Source: Octopus sinensis (taxonomy: Eukaryota). Taken from it: 64,000 nucleotides of DNA. Numbering within the stretch: the first letter of the stretch is position 1; the number at the start of each line of letters is the position of its first letter. Shown one piece after another: positions 39,370-52,549 of this stretch. The notes under the pieces are model-generated. The model made no database searches and was not told the origin of the DNA. It saw nothing but the letters and a program-made list of their open reading frames with translations. The position numbers were made by a program, and so were the translations under genes. The stretch spans positions 156,488,001-156,552,000 of the forward strand of contig NC_043000.1 in NCBI RefSeq assembly GCF_006345805.1, read 5' to 3'.

Positions 39370-39616
39370 ATGGAGCGTCTAGTTCCTGCTAGGTGGGTAA
39401 AAGGACAGCTTTGTTACAAACATAATCTGTCATGAAGAGAATAGCGGCAGATATTGGGATTCCGTTTGTAAGAGGAATGTGATGTGGTTGTCTGTTCATG
39501 GATGCTCCATAGTTGATGCGTCTAGTTCCTGGAAGGTGAGTGAAAAGACAGTCTTGTCGCAAACACATCCTCCCACGGAGGGAGTAACGGCAGATTTTTG
39601 GGTTCCGTTTTGTTTT
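39370..39616 (-). mobile_element. LINE ORF1-like relic with two tandem CCCH zinc fingers
   Basis: [31 protein letters not shown] and [30 protein letters not shown] (C-x8-C-x4-C-x3-H). Confidence 0.7.
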
Positions 39617-39624
39617 GCGCTATA

Positions 39625-39676
39625 TATATATGAAAGTATGCATATATATATATATGAAAGTATATATATATATATA

Positions 39677-39729
<53 letters not shown>

Positions 39730-39734
39730 GAAAG

Positions 39735-39766
<32 letters not shown>

Positions 39767-39775
39767 CTTACATAC

Positions 39776-39812
<37 letters not shown>

Positions 39813-39824
39813 CATACTTACATA

Positions 39825-39861
<37 letters not shown>

Positions 39862-39880
39862 ATATATATATATATATATA
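39625..39880. repeat. (TA)n microsatellite
   Basis: Direct inspection. Confidence 0.95.
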
Positions 39881-40120
39881 CAAGATAAGAAAATGGAGAA
39901 ATACATCTAAATCAAATATCATTACCAGATAATACTCAATCACATACTTTATTAAACCACTACATAAGAGACTGTAGGGTTAAATATAAAAGCAGAACAA
40001 AACAGTGTACATAAAGGAATGTACATAAAAAAAGTGTGCATAAAAGAGTAATGTTGTATAATATGTGAAATATATATAAAAGAGAATATAAATATAAGTA
40101 AATATAAATATAAGTATAGA

Positions 40121-40259
40121 TTACATCTTACAGCTGTTTCGGCCATGTAAATAAGTATGTCTCATTTTACCAATATTAGCCCTTTATGGTTGGTCAATAT
40201 ATAGATATAAATGAGACATTTACAAAAATATCATAAGGCCTCTTCGGAGATTATGTAAT
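40121..40259 (-). ncRNA. Type I HHR variant with ~100-nt stem II
   Basis: Minus strand: attac(ata)atct-CCGAAGA-ggcc...ggcc-GAAAC-agct-GTA-agat-gtaat. The insert contains atgtctcattt/aaatgagacat pairing. Confidence 0.7.
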
Positions 40260-41334
40260 AAAATCAGTCTACATATATACCCACATGGGTGTGGGTACAT
40301 ACCCATAATACAACATATACATATACATATGAGTGCATATATTCATACTCTTACACGAGATGGACAGATAGATGGACTGGATGAATAGATAGATAGAGAG
40401 AGAGAGAGGAGAGAGAGAGAGAGAAGGGGAGAAAGAGAAAGAGACAGGCAGAGACATAGACAGTAAGAGAGACAGAGACAAAGGGAGACAGAGAGAGGGA
40501 GACATAGATAGAGAGAGAAAGAGAGAGAAATGGAATGGGAACTTTCACATGATAGTCTGTATGTAACATACAAAAAAAAAGCTTATACGCCCGTTTAACA
40601 TTTTTCACATTGATACAAAACCTTTGTCCCAGATGGGGCTTATTTGACTGAATAAATTCAATACATTATTATTGCCCCGTCCTTTTGATCGATTAGAGTG
40701 GAATGTAAGACAAGGCAGACTTTGGAGGAGAATTTGAAATCAGAATCCACACATAGATAGAAAACAAAATATGATTTGGCCGAGATTTGTGAAAGCTGTC
40801 CGACAGCTAAATATTTTATAGTGTACCACACCTTAGGGCATAAAAGGTACTTTAAGTGGAACCTGAGTTGAGAACAATGAAACTAGTTGTAACATCACCA
40901 CGTATCTAATCCTTCTAGCTACGGTTATACAATTAACAACGCCCTAATGACATATTTAATGCCAGTTAACCACTAAATGAATACTTGGTGGACTGACCAC
41001 GTATTCTGTTGTAAAAGAAAATTACGGGCGTGTCTCTAGAAACTAGAACGCTAAATTCAATTAGGAATAAAAAGATATATACATTTAGGTGTACAATAGT
41101 GGTACAAAATACAATTGTACTCTGTTCCAATCCTCAAAATTCGTTGCAAGTAATTATTTACTGGTATTTCATTATATTGATAGCATTCCAGAAAAATACT
41201 ACTGTATACTTTAAAAATAATTGTTTCTGCTTGCTGGTACAAGCAAATAAAAATACTATGAAATAACTATACCATAAACGTTCCGTCTAAGAACAGTGAC
41301 AACGTGCAAACTAAGTTACGGGGACGTAACGCAT

Positions 41335-41369
<35 letters not shown>

Positions 41370-41716
41370 CATACGACGGGCTTCTTTCAGTTTCCGTCTA
41401 CCAAATCCATTCAGAAGGCTTTAATCGGCCCGGGGCTGTAGTAGAAGACTTTTACCCATGCTGCCTCGCAGTGGGACTGAGCCCGGAACCATGTGATTGG
41501 GAAGCAAAATTCTTACCATTCAGCCACGCCAACGCCTATGGAGGGAATATGAGAGCCACCCGGTAGGGAATCATTCGTAGATCTTCCGCGTGACATAATG
41601 GGATACTTACCACTATACTATCGAGGACCTCATGTACGTATACGTATATATATATATGTACCTATATACCTACATGTAGACCGCATATGCGTATACGTAT
41701 ATATACAGGGTGTATA

Positions 41717-42966
41717 CAGGGTGTTCCAGAAGTCACAGATGGGTTTCAATTTTTAATAACGTCCTTAATTTTATAAATAGATGCATGAAATTTTGATATA
41801 ATATAAAGATATAATGGAAATTGATATGCATAAGTCAAAGTTTGCAACATCACTACACTACATATGAAAAATGACAGCCATTTTCGGCTTCGCACGCCTG
41901 TGCTCTTTCTAACACTTGTACCATAACACAGGAGGCGCAATGGCCCAGTGGTTAGGGCAGCGGACTCGCAGTCGTAGGATCGCGGTTTCGATTCCCAGAC
42001 CGGGCGTTGTGAGTGTTTATTGAGCGAAAACACCTAAAAGCTCCACGAGGCTCCGGCAGGAGATGGTGGTGATCCCTGCTGTACTCTTTCACACCACAAC
42101 TTTCTCTCACTCTTACTTCTATTTGTTTCTGTTGTACCTGTATTTCAAAGGGCCGGCCTTGTCACTCTCTGTGTCACGCTGAATATCCCCGAGAACTACG
42201 TTAAGGGTACACGTGTCTGTGGAGTGCTCAGCCACTTACACGTTAATTTCACGAGCAGGCTGTTCCGTTGATTCGGATCAACCGGAACCCTCATCGTCGT
42301 AACCGACGGAGTGCTTCCATCCACCATAACACACTCGAGGGTTTCAGACCCCACTTCTCTGATTTTTCTATCGATGTTCTCCTCTAGTTGCACCACGGTC
42401 TTCGGTTTGTTAACGTAAATCTCCTAAAAAAAAAAAAAATCCAGGCTAATCAAGTATGGGGAACGCGAAGGCCAGTTGATATTGCCGTAGCGGGAGATTA
42501 TTCTCTCACCAAAGCACTGCCGTAGCAGCTACATTGATCCTCTAGCGGTATGAGCAGTTGCCACATCTTGCTGGAACCATGTGTGAGGTCAACTTTGAAT
42601 GGCCAGACGCAAAAAGGTCTCAATCATGGCTACCTGAAAAAGCAGGTTTACGTCAACAAACTGGAGACCCTGGTGCAACTGAAGGAGAACATCAATAGAG
42701 AAATCAGAGAAGCGGGGTCTGAAACTCTTGAGGGTGTTATGTGCAAGTTTTGGAAAGAGCACGGGCGTGCGAAGCTGAAAATGGCCGCCATTTAAGCAAT
42801 ATAATTTTTCATATGTATGATGAATGTAGTGGTATTACAAAATTTGACTAATGCATATTAATTTCTATTATGTCCTTTATATTGTAACAATTTTTCAGGC
42901 ATTTATCTATAAAGTTAAGGAAGTTATTAAAGATTAAAACCCATCAGTGACTTTTGGGACACCCTG
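41717..42966. mobile_element. Tc1/mariner-derived fold-back element
   Basis: TA|cagggtg...caccctg|TA termini. Both arms carry the transposase C-terminus (GYLKKQVYVNKLETLVQLKENINREIRE). A SINE is inserted in the left arm. Confidence 0.8.
41931..42322 (+). mobile_element. SINE S1 nested in the Tc1-derived element
   Basis: 11-bp TSD accataacaca (41920-41930 and 42323-42333). Confidence 0.95.
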
Positions 42967-42989
42967 TATATATATATATATATAAATAA

Positions 42990-43290
42990 CAAATTAATAA
43001 ATAAGACATATGCATATATACATACATACATATATGTACGAACCTACATCTACATGATGTATATATACATGCATATATGGGTACAGGACACCAAAAAAAC
43101 ACAATGAGAAACGAAAACAAAGACACAAAACCAAGGAAATGGACATTTTTCTTAAACAAGGAAAAAATAGAGTACAGGACGTTCGACGTTTTTTGGTGTC
43201 CTGTACCCATATATGCATGTATATATACATGTACATGTAGGTACGTACATATATGTATGTATATATGCATATGTTTTATTTATTAATTTA
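42990..43290. repeat. Family B pLTR 3' ends in inverted head-to-head arrangement
   Basis: ~115-bp imperfect arms containing catgcatatatgggtacaggacacc and its reverse complement. Confidence 0.75.
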
Positions 43291-43370
43291 TTATATGACG
43301 GAACGCACGCATCCATTTCTAAGTAAGTTTGTTCTTATATATATATATATATATATACATATATATATAA

Positions 43371-43428
<58 letters not shown>

Positions 43429-43499
43429 ACATATATATACATATATACACAGACATACACACACACACACACATACACACACACATATTATATATATGC

Positions 43500-43685
43500 T
43501 GAAACCCCTCCCTCTCCACGCCACCAGTGTTATCCAAGGGAAAGGCAAAGGCCGATACAGCTTGGCACTAGTGACGTCGCAACTCATTTCTACAGCTGAG
43601 TGAATTGGAACAACACGCAGCTCCGTCCGGGATTCGAACTCATAACCTCATGATCGTAAGTTCGACGCTCTAACCACTGAGCCAT
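43500..43685 (-). mobile_element. tRNA-headed SINE, family S4
   Basis: tggctcagtggttagagcgtcg...gagttcgaatcccgg head and cactcagctgtagaaatgag core. Sister copy at 59900. Confidence 0.8.
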
Positions 43686-44049
43686 AAAATTTAATTAGAG
43701 GATATGTTAACCTCATGAGGGGGTGGTTACATCCAAAGAAATACTGGTTCAAAATATATTATTTCTGGAGAATGAATACCTAGTATTTTTGGATAAGCCC
43801 ACATACAACATCCAAAGGTACATCTTTTTTCCACTGATGAAATATATATGTATATTTAATGTACAAAACTACATTATTGAGTATCAACTGAAACGGCTGT
43901 AAGACGCGAAGATGACCAATCTGTTAATAATAAACAATTATTAAATTTCTTTATCTCCATTTTCTTTCTTCTTTTATACACACACATATACATATATATA
44001 CATAAAAGTATGTATGTGTATGTGTGTATGTATGTACGTTAGTACGTAC

Positions 44050-44267
44050 TTACTATTTCTTTACTACCCACAAGGGGCTAAACACAGAGGGGACAAACGG
44101 ATTAAGTCAATTATATTGATCCCAGTGCGTAACTGGTACTTATTTAATCGACCCCGAAAGGATGAAAGGCAAAGTCGACCTCGGCGGAATTTGAACTCAG
44201 AACGTAACTGCAAACGAAATACTGCTAAGCATTTCGCCCGGCGTGCTAACGATTCTACCAGCTCACG
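44050..44267 (-). mobile_element. SINE S2
   Basis: Reverse S2 copy. Confidence 0.9.
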
Positions 44268-44420
44268 CACGTATGCATGTATGTACGTATGCATGTAAGT
44301 ACGTATGCATGTATGTATGTACGTATGCATGTAAGTACGTATGCATGTATGTATGTACGTATGCATGTAAGTACGTATGCATGTATGTATGTACGTATGT
44401 ATGTATGCATGTATGTATAT
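44268..44420. repeat. 36-bp tandem minisatellite (gtacgtatgcatgtaagtacgtatgcatgtatgtat)
   Basis: About three exact units. Confidence 0.85.
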
Positions 44421-45851
44421 ATGTGTGTTTGTATGCATGTATGCATAAACGTCGATGTCAGACTGGAAAGAACGCTACAAATTTTTGTCGACGAATCTTT
44501 ACTGGAGATTCGCATGAGACCTAGAATAATGTTTAAAAATATCTTTGCCCGGAGTTTTTTCATATCTAAAACAAAGAAAACTCGTGAAAAACAAAAACAA
44601 CTTATGTCGGAGGTGCGACAGACAAGATTCTGTAATTGAGTTGAATTTGATGTGAGTTGGAAAAACGTTGACAGCTTATACTATTTGCGACTGAACTGAA
44701 ACTATTGTATAATAATAGGGTCAGATTAAACGAACAACAAGGTGCGCAGTTTGCTTTCCCATTAGGTAGACGGGTGTGGAAAAGGATGGGTAACAACATA
44801 CGAAAAGTCAAAGAAAGCTATAATCAAGATTTTCCAACGGTATCAACAACAGGAAGAAGTTAGGAGTGGTTTTAATGAAGAAACTCCTGTTTCCTGTCCA
44901 TAATGGTGGCTTCTACATTTCTGCATTCCTACTACTTGCTGCATTAAACTGTACACTTTTTCTTGTACAGTGTATATTTTCAGGAAGTTCTGCAGGCTCC
45001 TAATGGGCGTCCGTTTCCTTCAGATTCCTGGTATGACCGAATGGTGTGGTCCAGGAAGTTCAAGATTGCTACTAGAAGATGGGCTGCTATTTACCAAGGA
45101 GGGTGACATGGTGTTATATATATATATTATATATATATATATTTATATGTGTACATACAAATACATACATACATACACACACATACATATATATATAATA
45201 TATTATATATATATAATATATTATATACATACACTTACACACACACGTATATATTTGTAGGTTTTAAAATATGTACTGGGGTCGATTTGTTCAACTAAAC
45301 CCTTCGAAACGTTGCTCCAGCATGGTCGCACTCCAGTGATTGAAACGATATAAAACACAAAAGATAAAAGAATTCAAAACAAGAACTTCTAAGATAAAGA
45401 AATCAATCGCACAGTTTCTTCATCTACAAACTTGCCAGAAGCTGTTTCCGACATATTGTTTGACACTTTTACCCATGCTTTCAGTATTTGCCTAATCTCG
45501 TTTCATCGTTTTCTAGTTTTCTTCTCGCCTTTCGTTCTTTCGGCTAATTTTCTCTTTGTCTTTTGTTCTCTTCGTTTCCCACTTTCTCTTTCGTTACTTC
45601 ATTTTTCTTTTCATCTTTCCTTCATGTCTTTTCTTAGTTTTTTTTTCTTTCCGATCCGTTTTTCTTCTACTTTCTTATCTCTAGCTTTCTCTTCGTCCCC
45701 TTTTAATTTTAACCCTTATCGTCTTGTTACCCTTTTTTTTTTACTTCTTCCTGTGATGCCAGCATCTTTCGTCTTTTATTTCCACTTTGCTTTTATGAAT
45801 TGTTTCACCAATTTCTTAATGTATTTTGCATTTCTCCTCTCTCTCCTCCTC

Positions 45852-45885
<34 letters not shown>

Positions 45886-45911
45886 TATATATATATATAT
45901 ATATAATCCTC

Positions 45912-46290
45912 TTTTTTGCTTGTTTCAGTCATTTGACTGTGGCCATGCTGGAGCACCACCTTTTAGTCGAGCAAATCGACCCCAGGACTTATTCTCTGTA
46001 AGCCTAGTACTTATTCTATCGGTCTCTTTTCAGAACCGTTAAGTTACAGGTTGTCAAGCGATGTTGGGGGGGGGGGGGACAAACACAGACACACAAATAT
46101 ATACACATACATATATATATATATACACATATATACGACGACGGGCTTCTTTCAGTTTCCGTCTACCAAATCCACACACAAGGCTTTGGTCGGCCTGAGG
46201 CTATAGTAGAAGACACTTACCCAAGGTGCCACGCAATGGGACTGAACCCAGAACCATGTGGTTCGTAAGCAAGCTACTTACCACACAGCG
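45912..46290 (-). mobile_element. SINE S3
   Basis: Reverse copy. Confidence 0.9.
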
Positions 46291-46367
46291 ACATATATAT
46301 ATATTTTATACATGTGTGTATGTGTTTGTGCGTGTACATGTGTGTGTTTGTACGTGCGTGTAATAAG

Positions 46368-46750
46368 TGGAATGGAAGCACTCCGTCGGTTACGACGATG
46401 AGGGTTCCGGTTGATCCGAATCAACGGAACAGCCTGCTCGTGAAATTAACGTGTAAAGTGGCTGAGCACTCCACAGACACGTGCACCCTTAACGTAGTTC
46501 TCGGGGATATTCAGGATGACACAGAGAGTGACAAGGCCGGTCCCTTGAAATACAGGTACAAACAAAACAGGAAGTAAGAGTGAGAGAAAGGTGTGGGTGA
46601 AAGAGTTACAGAAGGGATCACCACCATCCCCTGCCGAGCCTCGTGGAGCTTTTAGGTGTTTTCGCTCAATAAACACTCACAACGCCCGGTCTGGGAATCG
46701 AAACCGCGATCCTATGACCGCGAGTCCGCTGCCCTAACCACTGGGCCATT
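46368..46750 (-). mobile_element. SINE S1
   Basis: Reverse copy of 341-729. Confidence 0.9.
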
Positions 46751-46765
46751 GGCTCTCCGTTGTAA

Positions 46766-47145
46766 TCTCTCTCTATATAAAACGGCAGTTTGTCTGTGCG
46801 TGTTTCTGTGTGTCTGTTTTCTCGTACCCTCACCTGACCACGGCTTTCAACCGATTCTGATGAAACTTGACACACACATAGCCCAATGTCATATTCAAAA
46901 CTAACGCAGCGAAAATTTTGAAAAGTTCCCCCAGTTCTGAAAAAAATCGATAAATTCGACATGGGGTCGAGAATAAAAAAAAACAAACACAGACTGTCTA
47001 GGGACGCAACTCAACCTTTTTTCTCTCAAAAAAAAATTTACCATCTTTTTTTTTCATTTTTTGGCTATTTTTTTGGCATAACTCTCTAAAAATGCTTTAT
47101 AGTTATTTCCCTTACAAACCTGAGCAACGCCGGGCGATATGCTAG
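46766..47145 (+). mobile_element. Non-autonomous Helitron
   Basis: A|TC start, 3' cctgagcaacgccggg hairpin and CTAG|T. Shares only its 3' part with 11091-11496. Confidence 0.85.
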
Positions 47146-47456
47146 TAAGTAATATAAAGAGAATGACACAGTTATATAGTATACGAATTTTATTTTAGAG
47201 CATTTCAGTCGAATTATTTTTCACGTGTTTTAAGCTATTTTAACATTATTATTAATACTCGTAGGTTTCAATTTATTGTACCTCAACGGGTTCTATGCTG
47301 GAGTTAGTACATTTGAAAATATAACAGTTATTGCCTATAGCTACCTTACAAATATATATATACACGCTCACAAACACAAACAGTCACACACACACACATT
47401 ATATAGAGATACATAAAGCAGGACTAATGCGCACCACACAAATATAAAGGTGTGCG

Positions 47457-47505
<49 letters not shown>

Positions 47506-48193
47506 ATGTGTGTGTGTGTGTGTGTGCGCGTGTGTGTGAATGAATTTGTATGCATGTACTATAGGTATGTGAATGTATGTGTGTGTATATATATATATAC
47601 ATACATACACATATATATATGTATGTATATATGTATGTATCTATGTATATATATATATATACATAGTATATACCTGTATCTTAAACTGTCTATTGGTTCC
47701 TACAAATTCTTCCACTCAAGTATAACGCGCATAAATACATACACAAGCAAATAAACATATACACTCACAAGCACACTTACAGCTATATACACACGCACGT
47801 GCACACACTAACACATGAAATCATTATAGAAGTCATGTATAGTTTAGATGATATATATTTGTGCAGGTATGTATATATGCATGTATGTATGTATGCATGT
47901 ATATATGTATATATGTATGAATGTATGTATGTATGTATGTATGTATGTGTTTATGCATGTATGTATATCCTCGATATTTGTTCGGCATCTGTGACAACAG
48001 GAAGTTGTTGTCGTCTGCTATCGCTCGTTTCGAAACTACTTCCGGGATGGGCGGTAATTACCGAGCAATTCGATGGACATATGCGATTTCCATTTTTCGT
48101 TGTCTTCAATTTGCTAATGTTACTGACACAGCGACTACCACTACATCTACCGGTGTTTATTATTTTGAACAGAAATACTGAGATTGACAGACG

Positions 48194-48237
<44 letters not shown>

Positions 48238-49123
48238 ATACACACACGTTTATGTGTGTGTATATTTATATTTATACATATATACATACAAACACGCACG
48301 TTAGTGTTTTCTTTTAAGTTCAGTTGTAATAAAAACAAGACTTTAACAGAGTAAAAATTTGTTCTTGAACAAGAGTGATTTTGATAGTGACTTCGAATTT
48401 TCGGCCCCAACTTCGAAATCACTGCCAACGATATTCTGGTATATATGTGTGTGTTTATGAATATATATACTACATATACATACATACATACATATATATA
48501 TGTATATATAGATACATACACACACACACACACACACATCATCATCATCATCCCATAAATAATGCGGTTTTTTCAGTTCATGAGCTAAAAGTCGGAGGAG
48601 GTCTGGATAAACTACCAGCATCAACTTGCTATAAAAGCAGGTCATAATTTTACCTTGTCCTTAATCTTAGTGCAAGTTTTGAAGAGTGCCCTACGATTTT
48701 AACAGTTATTTTTTCGAAGCTATAATGGGAGTGACAAAAATGTATATTCGGTATATTTTGCTTTATGAGTTCAATGAAGGTAACTCTAGTTACGAGGTGT
48801 TTTCTTCCCGCTCCACTTTGAAGAGTGGTTTATAGGCCACCGGCCATTAGCAACTGACGAGACGTTCTAAAGCTAAACGCTTTATGGAAGCGAAGCCCTG
48901 GGTAACCCCATAGACCGGCCATATCTATCTACCCATCTACCTATCTACCTATCTACCTATCTGTCTATCTGTATAATTCATAGATAAAGGTAAACGAAAG
49001 AATTTCTAATGCCAAATATGCCGAAAAATTGGACATATTGTCCATTAACCATATAATTTTTTCACAATACGCACGCTACTCGAAAAAAGCTGGACAGAAA
49101 TTTCTAAAAAATTCCATTATTAC

Positions 49124-49179
49124 CATATCGGACCGATTTCAGGGCTAGCTTATAACAGCCCTCTCTTCGTCGGTGATAC
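49124..49179 (-). ncRNA. Type I HHR variant (degenerate)
   Basis: Minus strand: gtatca-CCGACGA-agag-agggct-gttataagct-agccct-GAAA-tcgg-TC-cgatat. Confidence 0.55.
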
Positions 49180-49619
49180 ATGTGGCAAAAGAAATAAATG
49201 AGATACTTACTCATACCCATGGAAGAAGCAAACACTAAGTCATGAGCACAATTAAGTACCCCAAATACATCCAAAATAGAAATACTCTAGCCCATTCGAG
49301 ACACGTGCGATTTGAACTGATGCTTTCACAGAGTGAAAGAGTCCGGAAGTGAACGCTTAAATTTAAATTTAGATATAAATATCTATCTGTATATATCTGT
49401 ATATATATATAAGAGAGAAAGACGGTGAGATAGGAACCGGAGTAGAGGAAATAAAGAAAAAGAGAAAGTGAGAGAGGGGGGGAGTAAGAAGACAGCTACA
49501 ACTATAGATCTTAGAAATGGATATCTGGGCGCATGGATGGATAGATAGATAGTATGGCTGGGTAGATATCAGGTTATCTGCTTTTCTAGTTATGTTACTA
49601 GCCAACTGGGTAGCTAGAT

Positions 49620-49651
49620 AGCGAAATCAATATATAGATAGACAGAATGAT

Positions 49652-49715
<64 letters not shown>

Positions 49716-49860
49716 TGAGATGTAAGTAGGTAGGTACGTAGATAGATAATTAGATAGATAGATAGATAGATAGCTATGGAGACATACAGATATATATATT
49801 ATATATATATAATAGTAGGTGAATGAATTATCCTATGTTTTCGTTCGACTCCATTCTTTC

Positions 49861-49917
<57 letters not shown>

Positions 49918-50100
49918 TATATATAGAGAGAGAGAGAAGAGAGAGAGAGAGTCCGACAGTCAGAAGAAGAAAGAAGATAAATAGACAGATAGATAGATGG
50001 GTAGACAGATAGATAGATAGAAGATAGATAATAGATAAATAGATAGGTAGGTAGGTATATAGAGAGACAGACAGACAGGTAGATAGATAGATCGATCTAT
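49620..50100. repeat. (GATA)n/(TA)n/(GA)n compound microsatellite
   Basis: Direct inspection. Confidence 0.9.
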
Positions 50101-50840
50101 ATTAATGCAGTTAGATTGTGATAGAATTATATGCATAAGTAATTAGAAAGAGAATAAGGCTATGGCTTACTCGGGGCACATTCTAATCAATAAGAAGAAA
50201 AGAACGACTACATTGCCTGACATGCTATTTCCGGACACTAAATTACGAACAGGGATTAAGTGCCAATGGAAAAAGATGATAAAAAGAAAATGGCGGACAT
50301 AAGAGAATACAAAAATGGTATTTTAGTGAGTATTAAAGAATATTGAGCGAAATAGCAGAAAAGATAACTAGACAGACAGGCAAACAATTAGGCTGTACAA
50401 TCATACTTGAAAGTAGCAAATTGCAAGGAGCCAGGATGAGAAGGGATGACATACAGGAAATGAGTTTAGCAATCAATGAACATTAAATGTGTTATTAAAA
50501 AAGGGGATATGAAGCTATAAACCTTGTTGTATTTATCTTTCCTCACCTTCAGAGCAGTTCTTTCATTAAAGCGTGGTTAGGATAAAAGATCAATAAGTAG
50601 ACAACAGGGAGCGACACTGCGAAAGACAGAATTAAAAAACAGAAGAAGAAAGAAAGAAACAGGATGAATGCCCTGAGACAGTCCATGCAGGCAAATAGGA
50701 AATCACTTAAAACCTTAGAATATAAATATATTATATACTAGCAGTACTAATACTATCATAGTTATATGGATATGGTATATATAGATATATATATATTTTT
50801 ATATATATTAGTTTTATATATATATATAAATTATATATAC

Positions 50841-50928
<88 letters not shown>

Positions 50929-51191
50929 TGCCTATAATATATCAGCTATAATATATATAATAAATCAGTGCTCAAAACCACATACGAAGATATTAGAAAT
51001 GGCAGCCAAATCGGTCACCATTTCTAATATTTTCGGTAGTGGTTTTGAGCAATGTTGCAATTAACCCTTTATTATAATTAATATAATCCTTACCAAATAT
51101 GGTATTTTCCATACCGATAAAACTACTAGGTGAAATTTATTAATTTTATTAAATTAATTATATTTTACCCTTTTTGTATATTATATATATA

Positions 51192-51575
51192 TACTCTTTT
51201 ACTCTTTTACTTGTTTCAGTCATTTGACTGCGGCCATGCTGGAGCACCGCCTTTAATCGAGCAACTCGACCCCGGGATTTTTCTTTGTAAGCCCAGGACT
51301 TATTCCATCGCTAAGTGACGGGGACATAAACACACCAGCATCGGTTGTCAAGCAATACTAGGGGGACAAACACAGACACACAAACACATACACACACACA
51401 CACACATATACATAAATATATACGACAGGTTTCTTTCAGTTTCCGTCTACCAAATCCACACACAAGGCATTGGTCGGCCCGGGGCTATAGCAGAAGACAC
51501 TTACCCAAGATGCCACGCAGTGAGACTGAACCCGGAACCATGTGGTTGGTAAACAAGCTACTTACCACACATCCA
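51192..51575 (-). mobile_element. SINE S3
   Basis: Reverse copy. Confidence 0.9.
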
Positions 51576-51579
51576 CTCC

Positions 51580-52449
51580 AGGAATGACAAGATGTGAACG
51601 AGGACAGGCGAGGTCCCTCCTGAACCTCATCAACACCCTGTACATGGAGCAGGTAATACTCCAACCAACCAGGGCAGGTAACACACTGGATCTCTGCTTC
51701 ACAAATGTCATGGATCTATCCATAATGTGAAAATGACACCGACACTACTCTGGATCACAGCGTGATAGAGCTGACCATGTACGGGCCAAAAGAGAGCACG
51801 ACATGCAGCCTACAAGAAACCCCCAGAATCTTTCCAGCTTGAACTACCATAAGCAAACGGGAAACAAATTGAGAAAGAGATCCTCAAACAAAACTGGCCT
51901 AAATGTCTCTCCTCGCCAGACATCGACGTGAAACTTCAACAATTCATGTCGTGTAATGCAAGCCATATGCTAAATGTGTCCCAGAGAGAAAGGCCACTGT
52001 ACACAAGAAACAATCCCCAGTGAGAGGAAAATTCTAATGAGACGGCGTACAAAATTTCAAATCGCCTAAACAAACAGATTGAAAGCAGTGAAAAGTCCCG
52101 CCTAAAAATAAAACTGTTGGAAATCGAAAATGTCTGCAACTCTCCATGAAAAGGAAAGAGCAGAAAGAAGCCTGGGCTATAGACAACATAAAATCTAACC
52201 CCAGAGCTTTCTACAGGTATGCCAAAGAAACAGCTACGGTGCACTGTAAATAGGGCCACTCCTCGAAAAAGATGGTACACTTACAGGAAAACCAATAAGG
52301 GTAAGTGAAATACTGAATGAGCAATTCAGAGTGTTTTCACTCCACCCTTGGGCATCTCCAAATCACCAATCCAAATGACTTTTTACCACTGCAGATATAA
52401 AATCAGAGGCGGCGACGATAGATTACATCGATATAAAGGAAGACGATGT
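51580..52449 (+). mobile_element. CR1-group LINE ORF2 fragment (APE C-terminus to pre-RT linker), cut by the gap
   Basis: MEQVILQPTRAGNTLDLCFTN, LDHSVIEL and KSNPRAFYRYAK...EILNEQF. Confidence 0.8.
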
Positions 52450-52549
52450 NNNNNNNNNNNNNNNNNNNNNNNNNNNNNNNNNNNNNNNNNNNNNNNNNNN
52501 NNNNNNNNNNNNNNNNNNNNNNNNNNNNNNNNNNNNNNNNNNNNNNNNN
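52450..52549. other. Assembly gap (100 N)
   Basis: Direct inspection. Confidence 1.

Noticed and set aside
43821-43914. CTGATGA...GAAACGGCTGTA, similar to the 40121 family
   Set aside because: Proximal stem I and the stem II base do not pair, so it was not counted as an HHR.
44984-45102. GC-richer segment with acceptor and two open frames
   Set aside because: Weak donor and no recognisable protein. It could equally be a retroelement scrap.
46855-46870. CTGATGAAAC motif
   Set aside because: Part of a Helitron body with no flanking stems.
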